DNA of 63,455 nucleotides, taken from positions 1-63,455 of the forward strand of contig JBQCZX010000001.1 of assembly GCA_052089485.1 (NCBI GenBank), given 5' to 3'. A program made the position numbers and the translations under genes. Below the pieces are notes generated by a model. That model saw only the letters and a program-made list of their open reading frames with translations, was not told the DNA's origin and ran no database searches. Origin of the DNA: Marinobacter sp. Lineage in GTDB: Bacteria; Pseudomonadota; Gammaproteobacteria; Pseudomonadales; Oleiphilaceae. Of the stretch, positions 1 to 9,903 are shown in pieces; the first letter of the stretch is position 1, and each line of letters begins with the position of its first letter.

Positions 1-66
1 CTGGCATCATGAAAATGCGGTAATGTGCAGGAATTAGCCAGCTGAGTCAAAGTGCATGTGTAACTC

Positions 67-297
67 TCAGTTTTTGTCGCTACGTGAGAAACGGGGAACC
101 TGCTCTCCCGCCACGGTTACGCTTTCCCGGAACATGCTAAGCGGGCGCACCCACAGGCTGTGATCGCCATAGAGACAGCGGTAAACCACCAATTCTTCCT
201 CGGTTTCGCTGTGTCGGGCTATGTCGATCACCTCGTAATCCTGGCCTTTGTAGTGCTGGTAACGGCCTGGGCGGATTTCATTTTTGCTATCAGTCAT
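67..297 (-). CDS. DUF1653 family small protein
   Basis: GRYQHYKGxxYEV...HSETEEELVVYRCLYG...LWVRPLSMF signature; ATG at 297 preferred over the TTG at 321. Confidence 0.85.
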   Translation of the reverse strand: MTDSKNEIRPGRYQHYKGQDYEVIDIARHSETEEELVVYRCLYGDHSLWVRPLSMFRESVTVAGEQVPRFSRSDKN

Positions 298-317
298 GCG
301 GTGTTTTCCCCGTAATT

Positions 318-752
318 TCAAAGATGGCGAATGTCCGAGTACATCGGCAGTAGCTGTCTAATCAGCCGGTTTTGTGCGGCTGTGGGTATCTGGTTCGCCT
401 CCATGGCCAGAATAAGGTTTTCGGCCAGGGCATTAAACTGGGTGTTGGTGATGCCCATGGCTGCGTGGGCTTCCCGAACGTCGCGCCCCGAATACTGGCA
501 AGGGCCGCCACTGATTTCACACAACTGATCGGTAAGATTGCGATGGAACTGAGCAACATTTATACCTTTGAATTGGTGATTGATGCGTTCGTCATCCACG
601 ATGAGGTAGAGCATGTCTTCAACCACATTTGCGATTCCTTCGCGTTCTCCCAGTTGCAGGTACAGGCTGTTGTCCCGCTGGCTTTGAAAGCTCTGACAGC
701 CACCCAATACCAGGCCTGTCATCATCATGAGCACGGCAACGTATGACTTCAT
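318..752 (-). CDS. Group I truncated haemoglobin, predicted lipoprotein
   Basis: SLYxxLG, GGPxxYxGR and EAH (proximal His) motifs of trHbN; N-terminal signal with lipobox LGGC; alternative start at 767. Confidence 0.88.
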   Translation of the reverse strand: MKSYVAVLMMMTGLVLGGCQSFQSQRDNSLYLQLGEREGIANVVEDMLYLIVDDERINHQFKGINVAQFHRNLTDQLCEISGGPCQYSGRDVREAHAAMGITNTQFNALAENLILAMEANQIPTAAQNRLIRQLLPMYSDIRHL

Positions 753-769
753 TCTGCTCCGGCCCATGG

Positions 770-1669
770 TCAGAAACTCCCCTGCAGAGACAGATAAACA
801 CCCTGCTGATCCGTTAGCGTGGCTATGTCGCCAAGATTAACGAAGGCCGCGGTTACCGCAAGCCGGCGGTCGGGCACCCAAGCCACGAATACATCCCACC
901 AATCGTCTTCGCGGGCAAAACTCAGGTTGTCCGGCTTTTGGCGGTATTCGGCGCCCACCAGCCATTGCCGGTTAATAAACACGCCAACACCGGCTTCGGC
1001 CATGATTTCATAGCCGTTGTTCAGGTCGCCGCCGAAGCCCAGCAGCCCGCCTTGGTTGGCACGGGTGCCCCTTGCGGTGGCATTCACTAATAGATTGCGG
1101 CCAAATACTGCGGCAAAAAATACCTTAGAGCCGGAGATATAGACATCTGTGCCGCTGTCATCTCGGGCGCCTATAGCGTTGGGCACTGTGAAGTCCCGCT
1201 GTCGTTTGTGTTGTACGCCGGCAGACCATTGGCCCCAGGGGCTGTAGAGAACATCGCCGGCCAACCGTACTTTTACGCCGAGGATGTCCTGGTTGAGTTC
1301 ATCCTGCTCCAGCCCAAAGCCGTCTTTGAGGGTAAACACCAGGCTATCTAAATCCAGGGTCTGGCGCGCTACGGTCACTTCAACCCGGTTGTTCCAGTTT
1401 AAGCCGGCGCCGGTAACTGAAAGCGTATAGTCATCCACTTCGGCCCGGCTCAAGGCAACGGTGCCACCCCACTCTTCATCATCAGCGTAGCTGCCAAGCA
1501 TAGCCCAGGGCACCAACCCGCCGCCGGCGCTGCCTTCTATGGTGGTTACGCCACCGGTTGCCCAAATGCGGCTGCCAACATCTGCCCAGGCTAAAGGTGT
1601 GGCAAGAAGCCCCAAGGCCAGCATTGGAACGAACGCGCCGGCCCGCAGCGTGTTGATAAAAAGTGTCAT
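770..1669 (-). CDS. DUF3034 family protein, predicted outer-membrane beta-barrel
   Basis: ATGGVTTIEGSAGGGLVPWA and EYRQKPDNL motifs; signal peptide; amphipathic strands; C-terminal YLSLQGSF. Confidence 0.85.
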   Translation of the reverse strand: MTLFINTLRAGAFVPMLALGLLATPLAWADVGSRIWATGGVTTIEGSAGGGLVPWAMLGSYADDEEWGGTVALSRAEVDDYTLSVTGAGLNWNNRVEVTVARQTLDLDSLVFTLKDGFGLEQDELNQDILGVKVRLAGDVLYSPWGQWSAGVQHKRQRDFTVPNAIGARDDSGTDVYISGSKVFFAAVFGRNLLVNATARGTRANQGGLLGFGGDLNNGYEIMAEAGVGVFINRQWLVGAEYRQKPDNLSFAREDDWWDVFVAWVPDRRLAVTAAFVNLGDIATLTDQQGVYLSLQGSF

Positions 1670-4023
1670 GAAGAATGCTCCGGCGTAATGTCGGCCAGCT
1701 CTTGCCGGCGCTCGGCAATAGTTAAGGCGGTTTGCGTAAGGTCATTTGCAGAAACCGGACGGCCCAGATAGAAGCCTTGGCCAACATTGCAGCCCCAGGA
1801 TTGTAGCAATTTCCAGGTGTCCAGATTCTCGATACCTTCTGCAACAACCTTTAGGCCAAGGCCGTGGGCCATATCGATGGTGGATTTTACAATCAGCTGA
1901 TCCTGGGGCTCTGTATTCAATTTGAGTACAAAGGATTTATCTATTTTCAATTCCTGTACCGGCAATTTGCGCAGTTGCGACAGCGAGGAATAACCGGTGC
2001 CAAAGTCGTCTATAGATAAAGTCACCCCCAACTCTCGCAAGCGGTTCAGTGTCGTCATGGCCTCTTCTGGGTCGTCCATTAAGGCGCTTTCTGTGACCTC
2101 CAGGGTGATGCGCTCCATGGCGTGGTGCCAGTCGGCAAAAATAGCGGCTACGCGCTCGGTCAGCATAGGCCAGGTTAGATCCATTGCGGACAGGTTGATC
2201 GCCACGCCTGCATCCAGGCCCTTGCGAAACCAAGCGCGGGCATCACTGGCAACCCGCTGCAGGATATGATTCGTCAGGTCGTGGATTTGCCCGGACTGTT
2301 CCGCCAGAAAGATGAACTCCTCCGGTGAAATAAAACCCAGCTCCGGGTGTATCCAGCGCACCAGCGCCTCCACTTGAAGCAGCCGCCCGGTGCGGTTGTC
2401 CAGCTTGGGTTGATAGCTCATATGCAGGCCACCCAGCTGGATGGCGCTGTGCAGATCGGAGATCAACTTCAGTTCACGCAGGTGGTTCTCGTCTTGCCCC
2501 GGTTCGTACCGAGTGACTGCAAAGCCTTGTTGGAGCGAACGCTCGAAGGTTAGATTGACACGCCTTCTCAGCTCATTGGCATTGCAGGCATCGCTTGGTA
2601 GCTGCAATGTTATCAAGGCAGCGCGTAGTGAAAACGGCGTATTGTCGATATTCAGGGGCGATTCAACGGCTTGATGCAGAGCCTTCGCTCGCTGCTCCAG
2701 CGCTTCAGGGCTGTGCACCGCAACCATGGCCAAAAACTCGCTACCACCGGTGCGTGCAATCAGGCTGGCATCCGGGAGCTCTTTACGCAGTCGCTGTGAC
2801 AGGCCCAGCAGGATTTTATCGCCGAACTCAATGCCAAGAGTGTCGTTGATGTTGGAGAGGTCGCTCACTCGCAGGCCTATCAGGCAACAGGATATGCCGG
2901 CGTTAAAACCTTCCAGCGCTGATTGCATTAGAGCGTTGCGGTTGCTCAGCTCGGTTACTTCATCATGGGTTGCGGCATGGCGGATTTCTGCCTCACGTCG
3001 CGTAAGGCGGGCCAGTGTATCCCGCAGCGCGTTGCGCAGTTGTCGTAACTCACTGCCGGCGCGGATGTTGGGCGCTTGTGGGTTACGACCTTCCCCTACA
3101 GCCCGAGCGTAGCGGGCAAGTTGCAGTACTGGTCGGCCCAGATGCCTTGCCATAAGCAGGGCCAGCAGTATTGCCAGCGCCATAATGGCTGTCACCAGCA
3201 GAGCTATTTCCAGCGCTCGGCTGTAGTAGTTTTGCAGGCTGGCCTCTCGGCTGATCATCAAAACCGCCTCGAAGTCGCCTTGTCTGGATGCCCCGAGGTT
3301 CAGCGTGCGAGTGAAGTAGCGGGCGCTTTCTATAAAGTTTTGGCTTCCTGCAGGTTCGAGTAGCTCTGGCTCTGCGGCGCCGTTGATGTCGGCAGATGCC
3401 GCGATGCTGGTGAACGTGCCTGGATCATTCGCACTCGAGCGAAAAATAACTGAGCTGCCGCTGAGCCTGGCAATAGTGTTTGCCAGCTCTTGATCCAACT
3501 CAAAACCTGCGACCAGCCACGCCCGCAATCCGGGTGCTTCTACCGGAGTAACAAGCACTTCGTAGCCACGCTGATCAATGGTTAGGAGCGAACGGTCAGC
3601 GCCATTTTTGCGGGCATTAGCAAGCTGAGCAGGCGTAATGTCGGGCAGAGCCTGGGATAACGTGGAGGCCAGAAGCTCGCCTTGGCGATTCAGCAGCAGC
3701 GCAAAATCTGCCTCTGCGCGCCCAGAGTGATTTTCCAGGGTGCTGCTGAGGGTCCCAGGATCGCGGCTGGCGACCGCAGAGCGGAAACCGAAGTCGCGAA
3801 CAACGATGCTCAGACGGGAGAGTTCGAGATCAGTGCGGCGCTCGATCACCTCATGGGTAATACGTTCGGCTATGCTGAGCTGTTCCAGGGCCCGGAGTTT
3901 TTCATCTTCGAACAGGTACACCATTAGCAGCGCGCCGATCAACAGGCTCACCGAGGCAACCAGAGCAACCATAGCCGTAACCAAACGGCCGCGAAACCCT
4001 ATGCGGTGAGCAAAACGAACCAT
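1666..4023 (-). CDS. Membrane-bound GGDEF(degenerate)-EAL c-di-GMP phosphodiesterase with periplasmic Cache-like and HAMP domains
   Basis: Two TM helices flank a periplasmic domain; HAMP; GGSEF replaces GGDEF; intact EALVRW, EVTES, DDFGTGYSS, ELKID and AEGIE. Confidence 0.9.
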   Translation of the reverse strand: MVRFAHRIGFRGRLVTAMVALVASVSLLIGALLMVYLFEDEKLRALEQLSIAERITHEVIERRTDLELSRLSIVVRDFGFRSAVASRDPGTLSSTLENHSGRAEADFALLLNRQGELLASTLSQALPDITPAQLANARKNGADRSLLTIDQRGYEVLVTPVEAPGLRAWLVAGFELDQELANTIARLSGSSVIFRSSANDPGTFTSIAASADINGAAEPELLEPAGSQNFIESARYFTRTLNLGASRQGDFEAVLMISREASLQNYYSRALEIALLVTAIMALAILLALLMARHLGRPVLQLARYARAVGEGRNPQAPNIRAGSELRQLRNALRDTLARLTRREAEIRHAATHDEVTELSNRNALMQSALEGFNAGISCCLIGLRVSDLSNINDTLGIEFGDKILLGLSQRLRKELPDASLIARTGGSEFLAMVAVHSPEALEQRAKALHQAVESPLNIDNTPFSLRAALITLQLPSDACNANELRRRVNLTFERSLQQGFAVTRYEPGQDENHLRELKLISDLHSAIQLGGLHMSYQPKLDNRTGRLLQVEALVRWIHPELGFISPEEFIFLAEQSGQIHDLTNHILQRVASDARAWFRKGLDAGVAINLSAMDLTWPMLTERVAAIFADWHHAMERITLEVTESALMDDPEEAMTTLNRLRELGVTLSIDDFGTGYSSLSQLRKLPVQELKIDKSFVLKLNTEPQDQLIVKSTIDMAHGLGLKVVAEGIENLDTWKLLQSWGCNVGQGFYLGRPVSANDLTQTALTIAERRQELADITPEHSS

Positions 4024-4688
4024 CAGAGTTCCCGAAAGCGATTCTGGAGGTGATCCATCGGGCTTTCGTGGCGAGTCTCTGGCACCAACTCAATATTTAC
4101 GGTTTCTGTGGCGGCGCTTGTCAGGCTGGAGGAACGGATCTCTCGAATAACCGGCTTACTGTTATTCGGTAGGCGGGGGTGCCAGATATTCAAGCTCAGC
4201 GAGCTAGGTGCTTGAGCTACGCCGAAGTCCAGCGCGAGGGTTACCTCCCCCTGTTCATTGGTTTGCCCAATGGCACGGGTATCTGCCACGACAATGAACG
4301 CCTGCATGTGATCGTGAATATTGCAGCCAAGTTCGACAATACCCGGTTGATCAAACACCACGGGTGCTTCGGGTTCATCCGCATAGAGCGCAAGATCAAA
4401 GGTTTTTGCCGGCGAAAATGAATAGACGTGGTGGTGCGTGTTGTCCCGGTTGGGGAAGCTCACATTGGAGCCTGCAGGCAAAATCAGCACGTGGGGATGG
4501 AACATGCGATCTTTTTGAACCACTTCTGCCTGCACAGGAGAAGCGTGGCTGCCGTCATTCAGATACACCACCGCGCCGGTCAATGGGCCAGTGCCTTTAG
4601 CGCTTTGCAACCGCACTGTTAGCTCCTCGGACAACACAGGAGCGGACAACAGACATCCTGCCAGGAGCAACGTTGTTTGTTTTCTCAT
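4023..4688 (-). CDS. Secreted cupredoxin-domain protein ('methylamine utilization protein'-like)
   Basis: Signal peptide MRKQTTLLLAGCLLSAPVLS; FPNRD..HHVYSFS and CNIHDHM type-1 Cu ligand set; ATG at 4688. Confidence 0.85.
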   Translation of the reverse strand: MRKQTTLLLAGCLLSAPVLSEELTVRLQSAKGTGPLTGAVVYLNDGSHASPVQAEVVQKDRMFHPHVLILPAGSNVSFPNRDNTHHHVYSFSPAKTFDLALYADEPEAPVVFDQPGIVELGCNIHDHMQAFIVVADTRAIGQTNEQGEVTLALDFGVAQAPSSLSLNIWHPRLPNNSKPVIREIRSSSLTSAATETVNIELVPETRHESPMDHLQNRFREL

Positions 4689-4738
4689 TATGATCGTGAA
4701 CCTTTCAATTGCGCAGCGCTTTCCATTGCAGGGGTGGG

Positions 4739-5389
4739 TCAGGCCAAACCGGAGCCCAGGGAAAAGTGGATATGATTGCGGATCAGGAGATTTTCCCAGT
4801 ACTGTCGCATCCAGTTCCAAGCGTCGTTATTCACCTCTTTAATGAAGGGGTCGAGGTTCAGTTCATAATAATCCGGCGTACCCGCGATTTGCAGCACGGT
4901 TACGGTGATGGAGTCGTCCAGCTCGTTGGCGAAAGGTTCGCCAATAAGCTCGTGGACCAGCAGATTAGCACGAGTTGCTTCTATATCGACAAGCCCGCCG
5001 GTTCTGATGGAGTGATTATTCTCATGCATCTCTTCCATCAGGCGGTGGCAAAGATAGGCGCGGATCAAAAGCCCGTCCAAGCCATCGTAGCGCACCAGAA
5101 AAGCAGACGGCTCGGTGAAGTAGCCGATGGCGGCGGTTACAAACGGATCAAACAGCTGCGCTGTGCCGGCTTCCCGGGCGCAGGCATCCACGCACTCTAT
5201 AAGCCTGGGTGCCATTTCGATGTATTCGATGGCGAACTGGAACAAACAGGAGGCTGGCTGGTAGCCCTCGATCGTGACAGCAGAGGGCAGTGCCGCTGCC
5301 TTTTCATGCAGCTGCCTCAGAAAGGTGCCCGAGCGGGCTTCCTTGCGCCGCGCGTGGTCAATGATCTCTAGGACTGCCTGTGGAGACAT
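4739..5389 (-). CDS. Hypothetical protein
   Basis: 216-aa globular-looking ORF from ATG 5389 that fills the gap between the MATE and cupredoxin genes. Confidence 0.7.
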   Translation of the reverse strand: MSPQAVLEIIDHARRKEARSGTFLRQLHEKAAALPSAVTIEGYQPASCLFQFAIEYIEMAPRLIECVDACAREAGTAQLFDPFVTAAIGYFTEPSAFLVRYDGLDGLLIRAYLCHRLMEEMHENNHSIRTGGLVDIEATRANLLVHELIGEPFANELDDSITVTVLQIAGTPDYYELNLDPFIKEVNNDAWNWMRQYWENLLIRNHIHFSLGSGLA

Positions 5390-5588
5390 TTGAGGCCATG
5401 CCGGTGTTTGAACGAATTGAGGTCGCAAGGCGCCTCCTGTAACGGGCAATAAGTAACCGGACAACTAAGCTGCGGCTGGTTACTTCCAATGACCACTGCG
5501 AGGCGCCCTTCTTTTCTCACAAGTGTAGACGAGATTTGGTGAGCTGCGATGCTCCGATTGTCAGATATTGTTAACAGTTGCATTCGGG

Positions 5589-6917
5589 TTACCGAGGGCT
5601 GAACCATCGGTCGTTGCGGGTGTGTGACCAGCACAGCCACCCCATGGTTACTGCGCGGGCGAGCATCAGGCATATGAGAGAGAACCAGAGCCCGTGGTTG
5701 CCCCAGCTTGTGGTTAGCCACCACACGGGCGCGAACACCCCCAGCGCCGAAAACAACATGGTGTTCTGCATGTCCCGGGTGCGTGTGGCGCCAATGAAGA
5801 CACCATCGAACAGAAAACCCCAAGCTGAGGCAAACGGCAGTAGCCATAGCCAGGGCAGGTATTGCCAGGCGGTGGTGCGCACGTCTTCAATGCCGGTCAA
5901 TAGTGCTATCAGTGTGCGGCCTCCAAAAACGAACACAATGGTCAGTAACAGCGAACCCCAGAGAGACCAACGCAGCGCGCAGCGAAATACCACAAAGAAC
6001 CGTCGTTTGCTGTTCCTGCCGACAGATTCACCGATAAGGGCCTCTGCGGCATTGGCAAAACCGTCTAAGGCATTTGAAATCAGAAGCAGAAAAGTGATCA
6101 GTACCGCATTGGCAGCCAGTATGGTGTCGCCTTGGCGGGCACCCTGAGCGGTAAAAAACGCCAGTACCAGCAGCAGGGCTATGGTGCGAACCATGATGTA
6201 GCGGTTGACTTGCAGAATGGCCAAATAGTCTGTGAGGGTTCCGAACAGTGCCCGGGTAAATTGTTGTCCATCGGGCATACGGCGCAGCACGATGGCAAAG
6301 CCAATAATTGCGGCACCGTATTCAGCGATGACCGTGGCAATGGCTACGCCTCGGCTATTCCAGCCAAATACGGTCACGAACAGTATATCCAGCAGGATAT
6401 TCAGGCCGTTGGCCACGATCAGCATAATCATCGGCCCGCGTGCGTACTGAGTGCCGATCAGCCAACCCACAAGTGTGTACTGGCACAGCACCGCCGGAGC
6501 ACTCCAGATTCTTATGGTTGCATACTCAGCCGCAAGTTCGGTGACGCTTGCGCTCGCGTTCATGAGTGCTAACCCAGTCCGGATCAGAGGTTGATGGCAA
6601 AGTATGAGCAGCAGGCCGATACCCACCGCCAGCATCACTGAGCGCAGCAGCAGGGCGACTTGGCTGAAACGGTCGCGTTTGCCCCAAGCCTGGGCGGCAA
6701 GCCCCGTGGTGCCCATGCGCATAAAGCCAAATGTCCAGTACAGAATGCTGAACAGATTGGCGCCAACTGCCACCGCACCAAGGTATTCCGGGCTCTCGAG
6801 GTGCCCCAGCACAGCGGTATCCACCAGTCCCAGCAATGGAACGGTGAGATTGGTGAGCATCAATGGCCAGGCAAGAGTCCATAAACGCCGGTCTGTAACA
6901 GACGGTTTGAAGGTCAT
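5589..6917 (-). CDS. dinF: MATE family efflux transporter (DinF-like)
   Basis: LAWPLMLTNLTVPLLGLVDTAVLGHL...FMRMGTTG; about 12 TM; ATG at 6917. Confidence 0.88.
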   Translation of the reverse strand: MTFKPSVTDRRLWTLAWPLMLTNLTVPLLGLVDTAVLGHLESPEYLGAVAVGANLFSILYWTFGFMRMGTTGLAAQAWGKRDRFSQVALLLRSVMLAVGIGLLLILCHQPLIRTGLALMNASASVTELAAEYATIRIWSAPAVLCQYTLVGWLIGTQYARGPMIMLIVANGLNILLDILFVTVFGWNSRGVAIATVIAEYGAAIIGFAIVLRRMPDGQQFTRALFGTLTDYLAILQVNRYIMVRTIALLLVLAFFTAQGARQGDTILAANAVLITFLLLISNALDGFANAAEALIGESVGRNSKRRFFVVFRCALRWSLWGSLLLTIVFVFGGRTLIALLTGIEDVRTTAWQYLPWLWLLPFASAWGFLFDGVFIGATRTRDMQNTMLFSALGVFAPVWWLTTSWGNHGLWFSLICLMLARAVTMGWLCWSHTRNDRWFSPR

Positions 6918-7124
6918 ATTCGATTTTATTCCTAAAAATTTTTGTCTGTCAGCTTTAGGTTTAGTTAATTTTCTCGCGTTTTCTGAATCTGCGTCTACAC
7001 TCAACCTCGAGGTATCTATAAGCAGGCTTTCACTCTGAGCTTCCCGGTGAATGCGAGAGCACCGGTAGAAAGCCAGAGGGATAACGCAAAATCCGGCAAG
7101 AATAACACTCTGTGGAGACACAGT

Positions 7125-8249
7125 ATGCGCGTGCACGCTCAGCGGGCAGGTGCCCTGTTAGGTGGTCTGTCGTTCCCCGCTCTGTCCCTGGCGGACTGGA
7201 CGGTAAACATGACCCCCGGGGTAACCGGCACCAGTAACGATATATTTGATCTTCACATGACCATTTTCTGGATCTGCGTTGCCATAGGTGTCGTGGTATT
7301 CGGGATTATGTTCTGGTCTATTTTCGCCCATCGCAAGTCTCGGGGCGCGAAACCTGCAAACTTTCATGAGAATACGCTGGTTGAGGTCCTATGGACGCTC
7401 ATACCGCTTGTTATTCTCGTCGTCATGGCGATCCCCGCCACCGCAACCCTGATAGATATGTACGACACCACCGAGTCTGACATAGACATTAAGGTGACCG
7501 GCTATCAGTGGAAGTGGCAGTACGAGTATATCAATGAAGATTTCGGCTATTTCTCCAACACCACAACACCACCGGATCAGATCAACAACCGTCAGGCTAA
7601 AGGCGAAAACTATTTGCTTGAAGTGGATAACGCGATGGTTATTCCTGTGGGCAAAAAGGTTCGCTTTCTGCTAACGGCAAATGACGTTATCCATTCCTGG
7701 TGGGTGCCGGCTTTCGGTGTCAAGAAGGATGCTATTCCTGGCTTTATTAACGAAGCATGGACTCGCGTGGACGAGCCCGGCATCTATCGTGGCCAATGCG
7801 CGGAGTTGTGCGGCAAAAATCACGGCTTTATGCCAGTGGTTGTAAAAGCGGTGCCGGAAGAGGAATACAACACCTGGGTTGCCGATCAGAAAGCGTCGGC
7901 TGAGAAAGAGCGTGAGCTGACTCAAAAAGACTGGACCATGGATGAGCTTATGGAGCGCGGCGAGAAAGCCTACGCAAGCGCCTGTGCAGCCTGTCACCAG
8001 GCAGATGGCAGTGGTGCGCCACCGGCATTCCCGGCACTTAAAGGCAGCGCTATTGCGACCGGAGACATGGCCGCCCACCTGGATATTGTGGTGAACGGTA
8101 AATCTGGTACGGCGATGCAGGCATTTGGCGGTCAGCTGAATGAAGCCGACCTTGCAGCCATCATTACTTACGAGCGAAACGCCTGGGGTAACAGCGTGGG
8201 TGACATGGTCACGCCAAAAGAGGTCTTCGATTACAAGAACGAACAGTAA
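7125..8249 (+). CDS. coxB: Cytochrome c oxidase subunit II with C-terminal cytochrome c domain
   Basis: DVIHSWW and CAELCGKNHGFM (CuA), CAACH heme c motif; GGAG RBS before ATG 7125. Confidence 0.96.
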   Translation: MRVHAQRAGALLGGLSFPALSLADWTVNMTPGVTGTSNDIFDLHMTIFWICVAIGVVVFGIMFWSIFAHRKSRGAKPANFHENTLVEVLWTLIPLVILVVMAIPATATLIDMYDTTESDIDIKVTGYQWKWQYEYINEDFGYFSNTTTPPDQINNRQAKGENYLLEVDNAMVIPVGKKVRFLLTANDVIHSWWVPAFGVKKDAIPGFINEAWTRVDEPGIYRGQCAELCGKNHGFMPVVVKAVPEEEYNTWVADQKASAEKERELTQKDWTMDELMERGEKAYASACAACHQADGSGAPPAFPALKGSAIATGDMAAHLDIVVNGKSGTAMQAFGGQLNEADLAAIITYERNAWGNSVGDMVTPKEVFDYKNEQ

Positions 8250-8306
8250 TCAACGTCAGATAACAGCTATCACCAGCCACAAACATTGGCGGTAACGGGG
8301 GTTTTA

Positions 8307-9890
8307 ATGAGTGCGGTTGCAGATACCCACGCCCAGGATCATCATCACGGCCCAGCTAGCGGCGTCAGCCGCTGGCTGCTGACGACTAACCACAAAGATA
8401 TCGGGACCATGTACCTGATATTCAGCTTCACCATGTTCCTCCTAGGTGGGTCCATGGCGATGGTTATCCGGGCAGAATTATTCCAGCCTGGGCTACAAAT
8501 TGTTCAGCCAGAATTTTTCAATCAGATGACCACGATGCACGGGCTGCTTATGGTCTTCGGTGCGGTTATGCCAGCGTTCGTTGGGCTGGCAAACTGGATG
8601 ATACCTCTGATGATTGGCGCGCCAGACATGGCGCTGCCTCGGATGAACAACTGGAGTTTTTGGTTGCTGCCTTGTGCCTTCCTGATTCTGCTTTCAACAC
8701 TATTCATGTCCGGTGGCGGGCCCAACTTTGGTTGGACATTCTATGCGCCTTTGTCCACTACGTACGGGCCTCCGAGTACCACCTTCTTTATCTTCGCTGT
8801 TCACATCATGGGTGTGTCGTCAATTATGGGCGCGATCAACGTGATCGCCACGGTGCTTAATATGCGAGCGCCGGGAATGACCCTGATGAAAATGCCCATG
8901 TTTGTCTGGACCTGGTTGATCACGGCGTTTCTGTTGATCGCAGTCATGCCAGTGCTGGCAGGTGTGTTAACCATGATGCTGATGGATATCAACTTTGGCA
9001 CCAGCTTCTTTAATGCCGCAGGGGGTGGAGACCCAGTCCTGTTCCAGCATGTATTCTGGTTCTTCGGGCATCCGGAGGTTTATATTATGATCCTCCCGGC
9101 CTTTGGGGCGGTATCGCATATCATTCCCGCGTTCTCCCGTAAGCGTCTATTTGGCTACGCCTCAATGGTTTACGCGGTGGGTGCGATAGCTCTGCTTTCT
9201 TTTCTGGTGTGGGCGCACCACATGTTCACTGTTGGCGTGCCTGTCGCCGGGCAGTTGTTCTTCATGTATGCCACCTTGTTGATTGCTGTGCCGACGGGAG
9301 TAAAGGTGTTTAACTGGGTGGCCACTATGTTCCGCGGTTCACTCACGTTCGAAGCACCCATGCTTTTTGCCGTCGCGTTTGTGATTCTGTTTTCCATCGG
9401 CGGTTTCTCCGGCCTGATGCTGGCGATTGCCCCGGCGGACTTCCAGTACCATGACACCTACTTCGTGGTCGCCCATTTCCATTACGTACTGGTGCCAGGT
9501 GCCATATTCGGTATCTTCGCTTCGGCATACTTCTGGCTACCGAAATGGACTGGCCATATGTATGACGAGACCCTTGCTAAAACCCATTTCTGGTTGTCGT
9601 TCATCGGGATGAACCTGGCCTTCTTCCCCATGCACTTCCTCGGACTTGCCGGGATGCCCCGCCGAATTCCGGATTACGCTCTGCAGTTTGCCGATTTCAA
9701 CATGGTATCGAGCATCGGGGCGTTCATGTTTGGTTCGACCCAGCTGTTGTTCCTTTTCATTGTTGTAAAGTGTGCCAGAGGCGGGGAAAAAGCGCCTGCT
9801 CGGCCCTGGGATGGCGCAGAGGGGCTTGAGTGGGAGATACCCTCACCGGCGCCTTATCACACCTTTACCACACCACCAGATGTGAAATAG
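8307..9890 (+). CDS. coxA: Cytochrome c oxidase subunit I (aa3 type, A1)
   Basis: TNHKDIG, WFFGHPEVY, WAHHMF, VAHFHY. Confidence 0.98.
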   Translation: MSAVADTHAQDHHHGPASGVSRWLLTTNHKDIGTMYLIFSFTMFLLGGSMAMVIRAELFQPGLQIVQPEFFNQMTTMHGLLMVFGAVMPAFVGLANWMIPLMIGAPDMALPRMNNWSFWLLPCAFLILLSTLFMSGGGPNFGWTFYAPLSTTYGPPSTTFFIFAVHIMGVSSIMGAINVIATVLNMRAPGMTLMKMPMFVWTWLITAFLLIAVMPVLAGVLTMMLMDINFGTSFFNAAGGGDPVLFQHVFWFFGHPEVYIMILPAFGAVSHIIPAFSRKRLFGYASMVYAVGAIALLSFLVWAHHMFTVGVPVAGQLFFMYATLLIAVPTGVKVFNWVATMFRGSLTFEAPMLFAVAFVILFSIGGFSGLMLAIAPADFQYHDTYFVVAHFHYVLVPGAIFGIFASAYFWLPKWTGHMYDETLAKTHFWLSFIGMNLAFFPMHFLGLAGMPRRIPDYALQFADFNMVSSIGAFMFGSTQLLFLFIVVKCARGGEKAPARPWDGAEGLEWEIPSPAPYHTFTTPPDVK

Positions 9891-9903
9891 GAGGCAGGCG
9901 AAC

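Noticed and set aside
4710-4725. Possible sigma54 promoter (minus strand TGGAAAGCGCTGCGCA) for the cupredoxin operon
   Set aside because: GG-N10-GC spacing is right, but the -24 match is poor and the leader would be too short for an RBS
6918-7124. FNR/Anr or LexA box between dinF and coxB
   Set aside because: No TTGAT-N4-ATCAA or CTGT-N8-ACAG match seen
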